This document shows positions 39,102 to 52,389 of a DNA stretch of 64,000 nucleotides, one piece after another. Position 1 is the first letter of the stretch, and each line of letters starts with the position of its first letter. The position numbers and the translations under genes were made by a program. The notes under the pieces are model-generated. The model saw only the letters and a list, made by a program, of their open reading frames with translations. It was not told the origin of the DNA and did no database searches. This DNA is from Octopus vulgaris (lineage: Eukaryota), in contig OX597824.1 of the NCBI GenBank assembly GCA_951406725.2, positions 76,570,001-76,634,000 on the forward strand, read 5' to 3'.

Positions 39102-40660
39102 CTAGTACATGACCCGTCAATAAGATAAAAACAATGCTATGTTTAGAATAACATTTCAATTTAATCCAACTATTGTTTGAGAAATACACAAAAGATAATT
39201 TGATAATATATTTACATATTCTTATTTATGCAAATACTTTACAAAATCAGTAATAAAATAACACATGAAAATATTAAGCAAATCTGTACTTTTTACATAG
39301 GCAGCATATCACTATTTACACTATTTCCGTGTAGACAACATTATGCGCAAGTCTTCTTACATTTTCATTATGACCTCTACTTGTTCTTGATCTGGTAAAT
39401 TCTTTTTGATCAGCAAATATTTTAAGATTCACTGGATCCCCAATTCTACTAAAAGCTACATATAACTGGCCATGAATTAATACGGGCGCAGGCATGTAGA
39501 TGCCGCACTTAGAAAGGCTTTGTCCTTGACTTTTGTGTATAGACATCGCGAAAGCAGGTCTCACTGGAAATTGGCGTCTTTTCAAAGTAAAGGGCAAATC
39601 GGTATCAGATGGTTGCAGAATAATGCGGGGAATCGAAAGTGTGCGTCCTGCATCAACACCAGTTATTTTACTTGTAGTAATCATATTATCTGACACTATG
39701 ACGTGCGCCATTGCAGTGCTCATTCCTCTGATCTAAGTTTCTTAGCAACATTACAGGAACGTCCGTTTCTAATTTGATAATGTGAGGTGGCATACCACTT
39801 ATATCAAGAGAATTCAGAAATTCAAGAAGATAGAGTGCAGATTGTTGATCTTCTAAACGGAATCAATACTCCTCAGAGTATACGTCTCACCTGGAAATTT
39901 CTGGATTATGTGATTACTTAGATTACCAACTTCTTCGTTATTTATTGTTAATATTGCTCGTGATGATAACCATTGGGCACTTTTAAAATTAACCTCTATA
40001 TCTTCATAGACATGGTTGATCAAATCTTCCTTGCTGCAGACTTGAAATTGCTGAGGAATCTCTATTACATCATCATATAATTGTCTTTGAACATTGGAGA
40101 TTCTTCCTTCACCAATAACCAAAGAGAATGATATGCCAGTCGAGCTTAAGAGGTGGTATCATTATTACTGAGATAGTTTTGCACTCTCATATTAGTGGTG
40201 AGATGAAATACTTCGCATTCGTGCCAAATTACGGATTTTTTCAAACATGCTCCAATTAGAGAAGACCTTTGTGCTTTTCGAACCGCTGAAAGAATTTGAC
40301 AGAAATCGCCACCTAAAATTATCAATTTGTCGCCGAAGATCAAATCGTTGTTCATTATATCCTTCAGTGTTCGATTCAGCGCTTCAAATAGATAACGATG
40401 TCACATGGGTGCCTCGTCCCAAACAATCAAGCGTGGCATCATGAAGCAAACAGCCTATGACATCAAGAGAAGATACTTTGCATGTTGAATTATAGAGTAC
40501 CGATATTGAGAGCTTGAATCGAGAGTGATCAGTGCGACCTGGCTTCAATTGAGTCGCAGTAATGTCTGATGACGCTGTTACAATAGCTAGTTGGTTGTTT
40601 TGCGCACATAAGACAGTGTAAGAAGAAAAGTTTTGCCAGTACCCGCGGTGCATCAATAAA
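39102..40660 (-). mobile_element. Helitron 3' fragment: decayed PIF1-like helicase and CTAG terminus
   Basis: IPRIILQPSDTDLPFTLKRRQFPVRPAFAMSIHKSQGQSL, HGQLYVAFSR, FGDKLIILGGDF.QIL, LTTNMRV, GRT.HSRFKL; minus strand ends GACGGGTCATGTACTAG|T at 39102. Confidence 0.9.
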
Positions 40661-40679
40661 TATCAAACCACATTAATTT

Positions 40680-40892
40680 CCGTGTGATCACAGATACACA
40701 TATTGTTAACCACTAAAGGTCATGCTCAAGTGGTTATGATCAAACAAACTGGTAAGCGAATCTGTGATACTGAGCAGAATATTTGCTGTAACCAATCTTT
40801 TACACCAAGACAAAACAATGTACATGATAACGCTTCCAATCAGTTAAGATCAAAAGCCATGGGCGCCACTGTCTAGTACTGCATCAGGGCAT
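40680..40892 (-). mobile_element. Fragment of the probable R4/Dong-like 3' UTR, next to (ATT)n; its other end is at about 39050-39090
   Basis: Similar to 4630-4835. Confidence 0.6.
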
Positions 40893-40898
40893 TTTATA

Positions 40899-40954
<56 letters not shown>

Positions 40955-41454
40955 AATTATTATTATTATTATTATTATCATTATTATTATTATCATCATT
41001 ATTATTATGACTACTAGCGCTTCGATTCAGAATTTTGTTGTTCCATGAATTCTCTTCTGCGAATGTAGCAGCTGGATAAGCTAAATTTAATCCTGCTTGA
41101 GTAAATACAGACTTCGCCCATTGTTTTGGTTTTAGATTACTTGGTTTGTTTGAGTCCTATTTTTTTTTTATTATTTATGATCATTCAAGGCAGTGTTCTG
41201 TTCTCGAGTGTTTATCTTCTCTTGTAATGCTCCTTTTCACCCCACCCCACACAATCTCTCTAATATTCTTTCTTTCTTTCTTTCTTTCTGTCTGTCTGTC
41301 TGTCTCTCTCTATCTTTCTCTTTCGTTCCATCCTCTCATAAATATTTATATATGAATATGTGGATTAAGTTGGCGAATGAAGCAAAGATTCTATGAACGA
41401 ACACAAACGGAAGAGACTGCAAAATGTTTGAAAGCATACGTACATTCATGTTTG

Positions 41455-41515
<61 letters not shown>

Positions 41516-41649
41516 ACACACGCGTGCGCATGCTTGTATGTATGTATTGGAATTTTAAACCCTGCTATGAAATTATTATTGCTAACGGTGTAATGAATTA
41601 TGCATTGCCCCTCCCCCATCTATTTGCCTGTCTCTGAGCATGTGTGTGC

Positions 41650-41692
<43 letters not shown>

Positions 41693-41930
41693 TGTGTGTG
41701 TGGGTGTGCGTGTATACACACACATACGTACATGATATACATATGTGTGCGCCGGCCGCCAAGGTCGACTTTCGTAGTCGATCTAAGAAATATCAGTTGC
41801 GTACTTCGGAAGAGTAATTGACTTGCCTCTCCCCACTGAAATAGATATCCTTGTGCCAAAATTTGAAACCAATATATTTACATATATACATACATGCATA
41901 CATACATACATATATACATACATACATGCG

Positions 41931-41961
<31 letters not shown>

Positions 41962-43144
41962 ATAAAATAATCTGCTTGTTCGTTCGCCCGTTATACATTA
42001 GTAAGTTTGGGTGAGTGAGAGGTGGAGTGAGTAAGAGGTGGTGAAAGTGTGAGAGAAAGAGAGAGAGAGAGAGTGAGTGAGAGAGAAGAAGCAGTGAAGA
42101 AAGAAGAGGGGAAAAGTATAGAAAGGCGATTAATATTAATACACTGAGACTAAATGGTCACGTGGTCAGCTGGAGCTAGGGGCAAGAACGACAGAAGAAA
42201 GGGAGAGAGAAGGGTTAAGAACGAGTGGTGGTATGTGGTGGTATATATAAGTGTGTGTGTATGTGTGTGTGCATATGTGTGTGCATGTGTGTGTGTGTGG
42301 TATTATATTGAAGTTGAAGGGACTTTATAAACTGCTATTCGGATTTTCATGTGAGCGCTCGTCAGACATTCATGTATGTTTTGAACCATGCAATGGTTTC
42401 CATTGTTCTAAATATTCCCAGTTGTGTGATTGATTATCGGTTCCGTGAAACTCTGAGTAACAGCTTGCGGAGTTTTTTCAGCCCCCAACACAATATTACT
42501 GTTTTATTCTTCCTTTTAGTATTCGAATATTATTTTATCCAGAATGTTTTGCACCTACGTGTCACATGTGCATTGCGCCCCCCACACACACATACAGACG
42601 TGCGCGTGAACATACACAAACACACACACCTATCTATATATGTGTGTTTTTGTATACACACATACACATACATATATATACATACACACACACACATTAT
42701 ATATGGGGAGAGACACAAATAGAAAGATTTGTTGAGGTTCTGATGAAGCTAGGACACATCATATGCCTTTGGTCGCTCACTTTCTTATACAGGAAATAGC
42801 CGCACACCAGTACTTGTGATTACGTAACGCCTATTCTTTTAGCATATATTTACGAATTTGTTCTTATCTCTGTATTTATCTTCTGGTTCATATATGCGCC
42901 TGGAGGTGAAAAATTTCGGTAAATTCACGCATCGTAGGATCTTAGAAATAGCCATAGCCATGAATTACATTGATTTTATCATAGTGAGTTCTAGAACAGG
43001 TCAAAGTTTGGAGAATACATACTGACAGATTAGTATTCAGAACAGGTCAAATACTTAAAATTCGACGTCGAATCATGGAAGACGTAAACCAAATAACTAA
43101 GAGTAGGCAATAGGAAATAAGCCAGTCGAGCTAATGAAGATATA

Positions 43145-43490
43145 CATAAAATAAATGACAGATAAGCAGTTATTTCCGGCATTAGAGCATTTCTAAGTAA
43201 AATATACAGAGATGTATATAAATCTAATTAAGCAGGAAGATAGTCTAGAGTTGTCTTTCATAAATAGGTAGATATCAAGAGATTTCATAATTGAAAGTCA
43301 TAGCGAAGAGAGTTTCTTCTCTATGGTATTCGCTAATGAAATCTTTTGAAATTTATCTATTAATGAAGAACTCTTATGGACTATCTTCCTGCTTTCTGCT
43401 TAATTCCATTTGTACACATATTTCTATAAGTGATTTATAGATGCTTTGCAACTATAAATAACTACCCGCTCATCGTGTATATTTTATCCC
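43145..43490. repeat. Imperfect palindrome of about 350 bp centred near 43312
   Basis: AGCAGGAAGATAGTC pairs with GACTATCTTCCTGCT; TCAAGAGATTTCAT with ATGAAATCTTTTGA; further symmetric pairings extend outward. Confidence 0.75.
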
Positions 43491-43502
43491 ATTATATAAT
43501 AA

Positions 43503-43720
43503 GGCCGCTCGCTGGCAGAATCGTTAGCACGCAGGACGATCTGCTTAGTAGTAATTTCGACTGTCGCTAACGTTCTGAGTTCAAATTTCGCTGGGGACGA
43601 CTTTGCAGTTCATCGTTTCGGAGATCAATAAAAATTGTAACAGTGGAACACTGGGATCGATGTCATCGACTGGCCCCCTCCCACCAAATTTCAGCCAGTG
43701 TGCCTATAGTAGAAAGGATT
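43503..43720 (+). mobile_element. SINE A, degraded (tail 2)
   Basis: Similarity to other SINE A copies. Confidence 0.8.
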
Positions 43721-43746
43721 GCATCATATTATATTTCATTGTTATG

Positions 43747-43790
<44 letters not shown>

Positions 43791-43794
<4 letters not shown>

Positions 43795-43978
43795 CTTCTC
43801 GGCCTTTTGGCTAAGATCAAAGTGTAGTATCTGTTCTTATCAGCTTAATATCTGATTCGGTCCCTATTTGGGACCATCGATATTAAACTGATTTTTAGAA
43901 CGAGGCGAAGGTTAGGGTTTGTTCCGCCTTTGCCACGGGTTGGCCTGGTATAGCAGTACTTCCAGGATTCAGCCCATT
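43791..43978 (+). ncRNA. U2: Full-length U2 spliceosomal snRNA copy, probably a retropseudogene
   Basis: Begins ATCGCTTCTCGGCCTTTTGGCTAAGATCAAAGTGTAGTATCTGTTCTTATCAG (branch-point pairing GTAGTA); stems IIa, IIb, III and IV can form; Sm-site-like ATTTTTAG. Preceded directly by (TA)n and a SINE rather than an snRNA promoter. Confidence 0.95.
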
Positions 43979-43986
43979 CTAAGAGG

Positions 43987-44153
<167 letters not shown>

Positions 44154-44692
44154 GTGTGTAATATTAGATACTATAGAACATAAATTCTTGATGTATTAAA
44201 AATTATCTCAGCTTCCAGAGGCGGTAAAATTATTGCCTGCTGGCTTTTGTTGCAAATCTCAAATGAGATCGATAAAATATGTACCAGTCATAAAAATTAA
44301 GTACCGGGTTCAATTCGTTCGACTATGATTCTCCAAGGCGGTGCTCCAGCATGGCTGCAGTCTAATGACTGAAACAAGTAAAAGATAAAAAGATAATCAA
44401 AGACTTCTCCAATACTGACATTCCATTAAAGGAAAACCAGTCTCATTGCCAGAAGGCAAGAAGACAAGATGTAGACACGTTTTGATTTAATACGCATCCT
44501 ATTTACGATGTTTTTCCTACTTTGTCGCATTCCAAGCACAGAAAACAGTATTGAACGCGGTTAGGTAATGAGAAATAATATATATTCAAAGCTTTATCTT
44601 AACACAGAGATCATGAATTCTTGTAAACGCTTTCGAGATTTTATCCGAAATGTCTGAGTATTTGTTAGCATTTTTGCGTCTTTCTTTTTTTT

Positions 44693-45092
44693 TGTGGCTG
44701 TGTGGTAAGTAGCTTATCTACCAACCACATGGTTCCGGGTTCAGTCCCACCGCGTGGCACCTTGGGCAAGTGTTTTCTACTATAGCCTCGGGCCGACCAA
44801 AGCCTTGTGAGTGGATTTGGTAGACGGAAACTGAAAGAAGCCCGTCGTATATATGTATGTATATATGTATGCGTTTGTGTGTCTGTGTTTGTCCCCTAGC
44901 ATTGCTTGACAACCGATGCTGGTGTGTTTATGTCCCCGTTACTTAGCGGTTCGGCAATAGAGACCGATAGAATAAGTACTGGGCTTATAAAAGAATAAGT
45001 CCCGGGGTCGAGTTGCTCGATTAAAGGCGGTGCTCCAGCATGGCCACAGTCAAAATGACTGAAACAAGTAAAAGAGTAAAAGAGAAAAGAGT
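44693..45092 (+). mobile_element. SINE B, nearly full length
   Basis: Near-identical to 6198-6619. Confidence 0.9.
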
Positions 45093-45102
45093 ACTATTAA
45101 TC

Positions 45103-45311
45103 GATCTTGACAGGCGTCGAAGATCGGCGCGGGAGCCACGAGGCATGCGTCTTCGGGCTCCGCCGTTCGCGTTGCTGTAGCGCGTCCACCTCCCGGTCGT
45201 TTCGGCCCGCACGGTTACTCCGAGGGTGCTCTTCACCGAGAGTCCGAGGCGGCCGGTACGTTCACTGTGAAAAAATTAAAGTGCTCAGAGCGAGCCCCGC
45301 CGGCTTGCATA
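45103..45311 (+). pseudogene. Isolated 18S rRNA fragment (V4 region)
   Basis: GC-rich island with 18S landmarks in order: GATCTT, GGTGCTCTTCACCGAG, ACGTTCACTGTGAAAAAATTAAAGTGCTCAGAGC (cf. GTTTACTTTGAAAAAATTAGAGTGTTCAAAGC), GCTTGCATA. Confidence 0.8.
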
Positions 45312-45836
45312 GGAAAAGAAAAATACCATGTCAATAATTCACAAATATTAACGATCGAGAAGTACCGAGTAATTTCTCTAAGATACAAAGAAATCTAACG
45401 ATCTTTTCTCGGTCACAGGACAATCTGCAGAACATCACTTTAATTTTTAATCACGTCTCGAAAACCTGAGTTATCGTTAAGTTCAGAAAGATGGTCCTTA
45501 ATTAAACAGGTAGGATTTTTCTAAACGCACAACCCCTTAAGCTCCTTCTTGCTCTTCAGAATTATCCCCTTCTAGACTATAATCCTTATATCCCCCTCTG
45601 TTTACATTCACTCCATCGATAAAATTAAATTCTCCCCATCAACTTACAAGCATGGAGTGGAGTTTTACCAGATTACTCTGGCTAATACTTCGCTGAAAGC
45701 GAAGAACTATCGACGCTTCAATGTCCTGTTTCCAAGCTTTCTGGTGCTGGTGATATAGTTGGTACAGGGATTGAAATGTGCTTTTTTTCCTTGACCACCC
45801 CCAAAGATAATTCACCTACATATATACATTCACCGA

Positions 45837-45919
45837 CATACATACATACATACATACATACATACATACATACATACATACATACATACATACATACATA
45901 CATACATACATACATACAC

Positions 45920-45951
<32 letters not shown>

Positions 45952-46254
45952 GCAAACATACATACATACATACATACATACATGCATACATACATACATA
46001 CATAATGCATACATGCATACATGCATACATGCATACATGCATACATACATACATACATACAAACATACATACATACATACATACATACATGCATGCATGC
46101 ATACATACATACATACATACATGCATGCATACATACATACATACATGCATGCATACATACATGCATACATACATGCATGCATACATACATAATACATACA
46201 TACATACATACATACATACATACATACATACATACATACATACATACATACATA
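45837..46254. repeat. (ATAC)n/(ATGC)n array
   Basis: Direct reading. Confidence 0.95.
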
Positions 46255-46350
46255 CTGCCACACGCATCGTAGAAAAAAATAAGCAGGTAAATTGTGTAGT
46301 ATTCAGTTTTACGAGTAAAATGCCGAAATAATTACATATGTGGAAACATT

Positions 46351-46926
46351 CTTTTCTACTCTAGGCACAAGGCCTGAAACTTTTGGGGAGGAAGACAGTC
46401 GATTACATCGACGCCAGTACGTAACTGGTACTTAGTTTATCGAACCCGAAAGGATGAAAGGCAAAGTCAACCTCGGCGGAATTTGAACTCAGAACGTAAC
46501 GGTAGATGAAATACCTATTTCTTTACTACTCACAAGGGGCTAAACACAGAAAGGACAAACAAGGACAGACAAACGGATTAAGTCGATTACATCGACCCCA
46601 GTGCGTAACTGGTACTTAATTTATCGAACCCGAAAGGATGAAAGGCAAAGTCGACCTCGGCGGAATTTGAGCTCAGAACGTAGCGGCAGACGAAATACCT
46701 ATTTCTTTACTACCCACAAGGGGCCAAACATAGAGGGGACAAACAAGGACAAACAAGAGGATTAAGTCGATTACATCGACCCCAGTGCATAACTGGTACT
46801 TAATTTATCGACCCCGAAATGATGAAAGGCAAAGTCGACCTCGGTGGAATTTGAACTCACAATGTAACGGCAGACGAAATACGGCTACGCATTTCGCCCG
46901 GTGTGCTAACGTTTCTGTCAGCTCGC
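46351..46926 (-). mobile_element. SINE A trimer (tail1-tail1-tail2) with a 13-bp TSD
   Basis: TSD ATGTGGAAACATT at 46338-46350 and 46927-46939; internal junctions at 46515/46516 and 46699/46700. Confidence 0.9.
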
Positions 46927-46999
46927 ATGTGGAAACATTATGTAATCATGTATTTCATGCATGTGTGTGTGTATGTATTGACATAGAGAGACAGCGAGC

Positions 47000-47144
47000 T
47001 AGATAAATAGATAAATACATAGATAGATAGCTAGATAGGTAGGTAGATAGGTAGATAGTGAAACAGACAGGCAGTCAGACAGACAGGCAGGCAGGCAGGC
47101 AGGCAGGCAGGAAGACAGACAGACAGACACATAGATAGATAGAC

Positions 47145-47235
<91 letters not shown>

Positions 47236-47250
47236 CAGATAGATAGATAC
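47000..47250. repeat. (GATA)n/(GACA)n/(GGCA)n array
   Basis: Direct reading. Confidence 0.95.
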
Positions 47251-47979
47251 GCACTTCTATGATATATTTGAAATTCCTGCCTTCTTTTATTTATTTATGT
47301 ATTTATTTTGTTCATCAGATTTTGCTGTCATAAATTGTCATCAATTAAGCTAGAATTTCTTGGTTGAGTTTTATTCCGAAAGATAGACCTCATTATACAC
47401 AGACTAACATACGCTCTTAAAAAGTACAGCTGTCTGTATTATGTAAACACACCGACATACTCTACAGAATCTCAAATTTACACACAGAGCACTTAATGCG
47501 TCATCTTAAAGTTTGTTCGCAAACATTAGAGGGATGCGAAAAAGCAACCGTTTGTGATATGCGGCAGAAAAAATCCCCTATTTCAATGGCTCCTCGCCGC
47601 TAGTGAAGTTATTCAGTCAGTAACGGTGACTTCATGCGACTGATGATTTTGAACTCGGATTATTTATTTATTTATATATTTATTGTTACCAGCAATGTCT
47701 TGGATCGATGCACACCGTCCATTTGTTGTTGAAATGTTTATCGAATATTGTATACCCTAGAGGCTTTTTTTTACTGCACTTAGTTCACACACATACACAT
47801 TCACAAACTTATTCACACACTCATACACACACAGAGACACACAAAGACATACACACACACAGACACAAACACACTCACACGCACACACGTAGAAAAATAC
47901 AGACACTGACAAACACACACACACACATACACACACATATAGGGAAAGAGGTATTAATTCAAATAAACACAGAGAAGCT

Positions 47980-48036
<57 letters not shown>

Positions 48037-48919
48037 ATCTTTAATCTTTAATTTGTTTTAGTTAATAGACTATGGCCATGCTGTGGCACCGCCTCGATGA
48101 ATCTTGGTGGAACTAATCGACTCAGGAGCACAAAAGATACAGAACAGAATATGAAGCAAATATGTAAATCGACAGCTGTTTCAGGAATCACAGGGTTACG
48201 CAATAATGATAATGATCGTAATGTTACCGGTTGAGATGGCCCCTAAAGGGGCAGTGGCGAGCGGTAGAGAAAAAGGAGGCGTTGGGAGGAATTCAGTGGA
48301 TTGAGGGACACAATGAATCTATTATAATATTATAATATTATTGTATACAAATCATATAATATTATATTAGATGCCAAATGATTCATAGTGTATATAAATT
48401 TGTAAAATATAAAATATTTATTCATACATAAAAATAGGGGTGGAGCACTAAGGATATTACGTGGCCATCAGGGAGGCGGTGGCCCAAAATGTTTGAGAAC
48501 CTCTGTTTTATGCTGTGTCTTTTGCATGATTCACTTGATTTGTCATGTACATGCCCATTATTTATGTTTTAATTCCATTTCATGAAGAAGGAATATTAGT
48601 ATCAACATTTCAAATTACGTCTTTTTTTTTTATCAGTAAGTATAATTGAACGATATTTTGTCAAATTCTTCTTATCATTTTTATGAATTTTACAGATCAA
48701 ATTCATCGGTTACATTCTATAAAAAAAAGCACTATTCGGTCGGTTCTGGTAAGTTTTGCTTCTTTATTAGTCAACATCGCATATTGCCGAACCCTGTATC
48801 CCATTTGAAGTCTTCTGGTTTTCATTCAATTACAAATTTTTGATAGGATTCCTCGAAAAAGCAGGAGTCACATTAGCAGAAAAACAAAAAATATTTCCAT
48901 TTTGAGTTGAGTTTCTTAC

Positions 48920-49290
48920 GGGCAAGCGAGACAGAAGAACGATGTGTAGCTCGGCGCGCCTCTACTGCAGTCACCAGAGCTTCACAGACAGCTCAACAAG
49001 CAGAACTCCGGCGTGCTCGCGTGGTTTAGATCTGTTGAACAAAAGGTCACAAGGCATGGGGCTGATTCTCAACGTAAAATGCGTTCTCATGTTTTTTCAA
49101 GGCTTTCTTCCTGTTACTGGTCTAACAAGGCCTTTCATTACAGCCCACATGAAAACTACGCATGACACTCACATATCATTATTGGCAACATGTCTACAAT
49201 TTGCATCCATTGTAATGCAACGAGGTGTAATGCAATCTACTTGTATATACTGTTCCAATGGAGCGGTTAGCTTGCCTCATTTACAAGGGA
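48920..49290 (+). mobile_element. Helitron N-terminal coding fragment (zinc-finger-like region)
   Basis: KAFHYSPHENYA*HSHIIIGNMSTICIHCNA...YCSNGAVSLPHL matches Helitron AF.Y.P...Y......IG.M...C..C.A......CC..G.V.LP.L. Confidence 0.7.
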
Positions 49291-49329
49291 AGAAATGTGT
49301 GGAATAAATAGCTAGTGACCTGGCTAAGG

Positions 49330-50180
49330 AAATTTTCTAAAAGAAATCCAAAAATAAGAAATATCTACCTTGGCAAATACGCCTACACAGTATTGATTGA
49401 TGAGCATCCGTGTTCTATGAAGAATGCCGATGTTGTTGCGAACCATAAGCCGAAATGCTTAAAATTTCATTTGTGAAATGATTTTCCGTGGTTGAAGATG
49501 CATTAACGTTTCTGTATTAAACTTTGGCAAGTTAATGCTGTAGCCATCGTCACCATAAGGGAACAATAAGCTGGTCATTTGGAAAGCGGAATTGTAGACT
49601 CTTATATTCCGAAGAAAGTGTTTGGGATCCTTTCGGTTTGAACGGCAGTTTTTTTCCAGCGGTGTCATATGAAATTGTCACCCGTAATTATGACCCTAGT
49701 ATCGATCTATTGTATTTCAATCTCTTTTAGGGTTAGGGTTAGGGGTGGGGGAGGGTATCTTTTTTCTTCACAAATGTAAATAAAACCAATCTGTTTCTTA
49801 AACGAGGGACATTTTCATGCGGCACAGAATGTTTTTTTTACCTCAATAGACGTCAGTGATTGGTTGAAATTGCAGAGATTGAAGAAAAAACAACAACAAA
49901 TATCTTACAAACTACAGAATTTTCTCAATAAAGCCAAGAGAAAAAGATGTTTTATAAACACATTCTACCTGTATACGAAGTTTAAGATTTTTTAGTTACC
50001 TAGAAATTATGTGAAAAACTGCCGTTCAAACTGAAAAGATCCAGTGTTTAGAATCTGGATTGTCTCCGAGCAGTAGGATAGGTTATGTTAATGTTCCCTC
50101 AAATGCCCGTCGTTAAAGTCAAGCATTTTTTCATTTCAATGCACAGTTCCCCAGATGCCTCAGATAATTTCATATTGTAA
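49330..50180 (-). mobile_element. Helitron Rep-region fragment, interrupted by a MITE
   Basis: Removing 49625-50042 and one TSD restores DSKHFLRNIRVYNSAFQMTS; LLFPYGDDGY and AFRLMVR...NQYCV follow. Confidence 0.8.
49625..50042. mobile_element. MITE with 29-bp TIRs starting GG and an 8-bp TSD (Merlin- or Mutator-like)
   Basis: GGATCCTTTCGGTTTGAACGGCAGTTTTT versus the right-end reverse complement GGATCTTTTCAGTTTGAACGGCAGTTTTT; TSD AGTGTTTG / AGTGTTTA; internal (TTAGGG)3. Confidence 0.85.
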
Positions 50181-50395
50181 TTAAACTTATTTCGCACAGA
50201 TTGCCTTCATGTCCTTAGAAATGTCGTGTATGCTTTTTTTACCGTTTCTTCAGCCATCCAGTCAATTAAACGGCATTCCGAACGATAATTTTCCATATTT
50301 TCATATGTTAATAATATTCGATATCTGCAAGTAAACATTTGAATACCTCCTATTTTTGATTTAACGTCTCAACTGTGTCAAATAATCCTGTGTCA

Positions 50396-50431
50396 CTTTC
50401 TGTAGAAGAGCGTAGGCTCGAAACGTAAAAG
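50396..50431 (+). ncRNA. Second copy of the minimal hammerhead-like motif, in a repeat (50396-50520) paralogous to 23691-23818
   Basis: CTTT-CTGTAGA-A-GAGC(GTAG)GCTC-GAAA-CGTA-AAAG. Confidence 0.55.
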
Positions 50432-50519
50432 ACTTTTCTATTCCTGAGCGTTATACTAATACATCTGTTTCTTTTGTATACCACCTGTCTTCGTCTTTTG
50501 TCTTTTTCGTAAACTCTCC

Positions 50520-50588
<69 letters not shown>

Positions 50589-51763
50589 CTTACACACACA
50601 CACACACACACGTGTGTGTGTGTGTGCATTTATGGAGTAGTTCTTCTTTCAAATATTCAATATACTAAACACAAAACTGTACCGGAGAATTTATTAAGAA
50701 TTTTTCATGTTTCTGTCTTAGTCCATTAAAATACGCTGCCATCGCGGCTTATATGAAATTTATAAATAAAAGATATAATGGAAAACGATTAATTGGCAGG
50801 ATTACATTTTCATAGTGAATTTGACTAAAATGAGAATACTAATTATTGTACTTTTACTTATAACGAAATACAAACCAAAGTAAATAAATAAACGAAAATA
50901 AAATCAACTCACTGATATGGCACACGTATAATGTATCACTTTCATCATTAGGACTTAACTGATTTTCATTAGTCTCAAAATTATTAAAATTAAATTTTGC
51001 AACCAACTACGAAGTATGCGGACAACGTATTTTACAGACATTTCCTTGTGATACTGAAGCCCAAAAGGTTTCTGGAATATTAATGGATTAATGGTTTTGT
51101 AACGCTGTTGCACGAAAATTAACATAGAGGATTAATTACGGAAGATGTAAAGGCCTAAAGTGAAGAAGAAAAAAGATTTAACTCTAACACAGCGTTGTCT
51201 TTAATTTAACACAGGTAAATACACACGAACACACACATGTATATGTATATACATTCATATATGCATGTGTGTGTATGTATATGTACACACAGAAGTTAGA
51301 CGCGCATGAACCTAAATAGCACAATTTTAGATTAACTATGGCCTACTGTTTCACCAAATTAAACAAACAATCGATTAGCTAATTGGATATTTAACCAATT
51401 GACTAACAACAAAGGAATGGAATTGAAAAAGTGCTTGCGTTAATAATATTAGCATAATGCCTCTCCCTAGACACAACAAAATTTGTTTCAATACATGAGT
51501 TCATGTAAAGAATCTTACAAACCAGATACAAAAGAATAAGCATGATATTTAATTTATGAAAGTGTGCAACGGCTCACCAGCTTGTTGGTGTGCTAAGAGT
51601 ATGGAAGTTAAACGACGAGAAAGGAGAAGAATGATCATTAAATATAATAAATAAGGTAAATATGGAATTTTATCAAAATTACTCAGTTACATCTGATGTT
51701 TGAATAACTGTTTGTCACGTAAGCCACTGACAAGCTGCATGAGGTTGTCCGATTCGTCACGCT

Positions 51764-51953
51764 CTCTTTTACTCTTTTACTTGTTTCAGTCATTTGACTG
51801 CGGCCATGCTGGAGCACCGCCTTTAATCGAGCAACTCGACCCTGGGACTTATTCTTTTGTAAGCCCAGTACTTATTCTATCGGTCTCTTTTGCCGGGGAC
51901 ATAAATACACCAGCATCAGTTGTCAAGCAAACACAGACACACAAATACACACA

Positions 51954-52013
<60 letters not shown>

Positions 52014-52178
52014 TACGAAGGGCTTCTTTCAGTTTCCGTCTACCAAATCCACTCACAAAGCTTTGGTCGGCCCGAGGCTATAGTAGAAGACACTTTCCCA
52101 AGGTGACACGCAGTGGGACTGAACCCAGAACCATGTGGTTGGTAAACAAGCTACTTACCACACAGCCACTCCTGCGCC
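51764..52178 (-). mobile_element. SINE B
   Basis: Similarity to 6198-6619. Confidence 0.88.
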
Positions 52179-52389
52179 TGTATGTTCTTGAGGTAACGAC
52201 GGGGTAACATATATAGATTAGAGAAAGGTTTACTTATGTTTCATTGAGAAATTAAATTACAAAAATGTCATGAAAGGTATCTTCGTAGGGGATTTACTGG
52301 GGAGATATAACTTGCGATGTTATTATTTTTCAATTGAAAAAGTTCGTGCATTAATAATTAATTAATATTTCAATTCCATTCCTTTGAGA

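Noticed and set aside
43791-43978. Functional U2 gene, or a Utopia/Keno target site
   Set aside because: No recognisable upstream snRNA promoter or 3' box, a fused retroelement tail and substitutions in protein-binding sites; U2 is not interrupted by an element.
49727-49744. (TTAGGG)3 as an interstitial telomere or fusion scar
   Set aside because: Only three units, and they lie inside a MITE.
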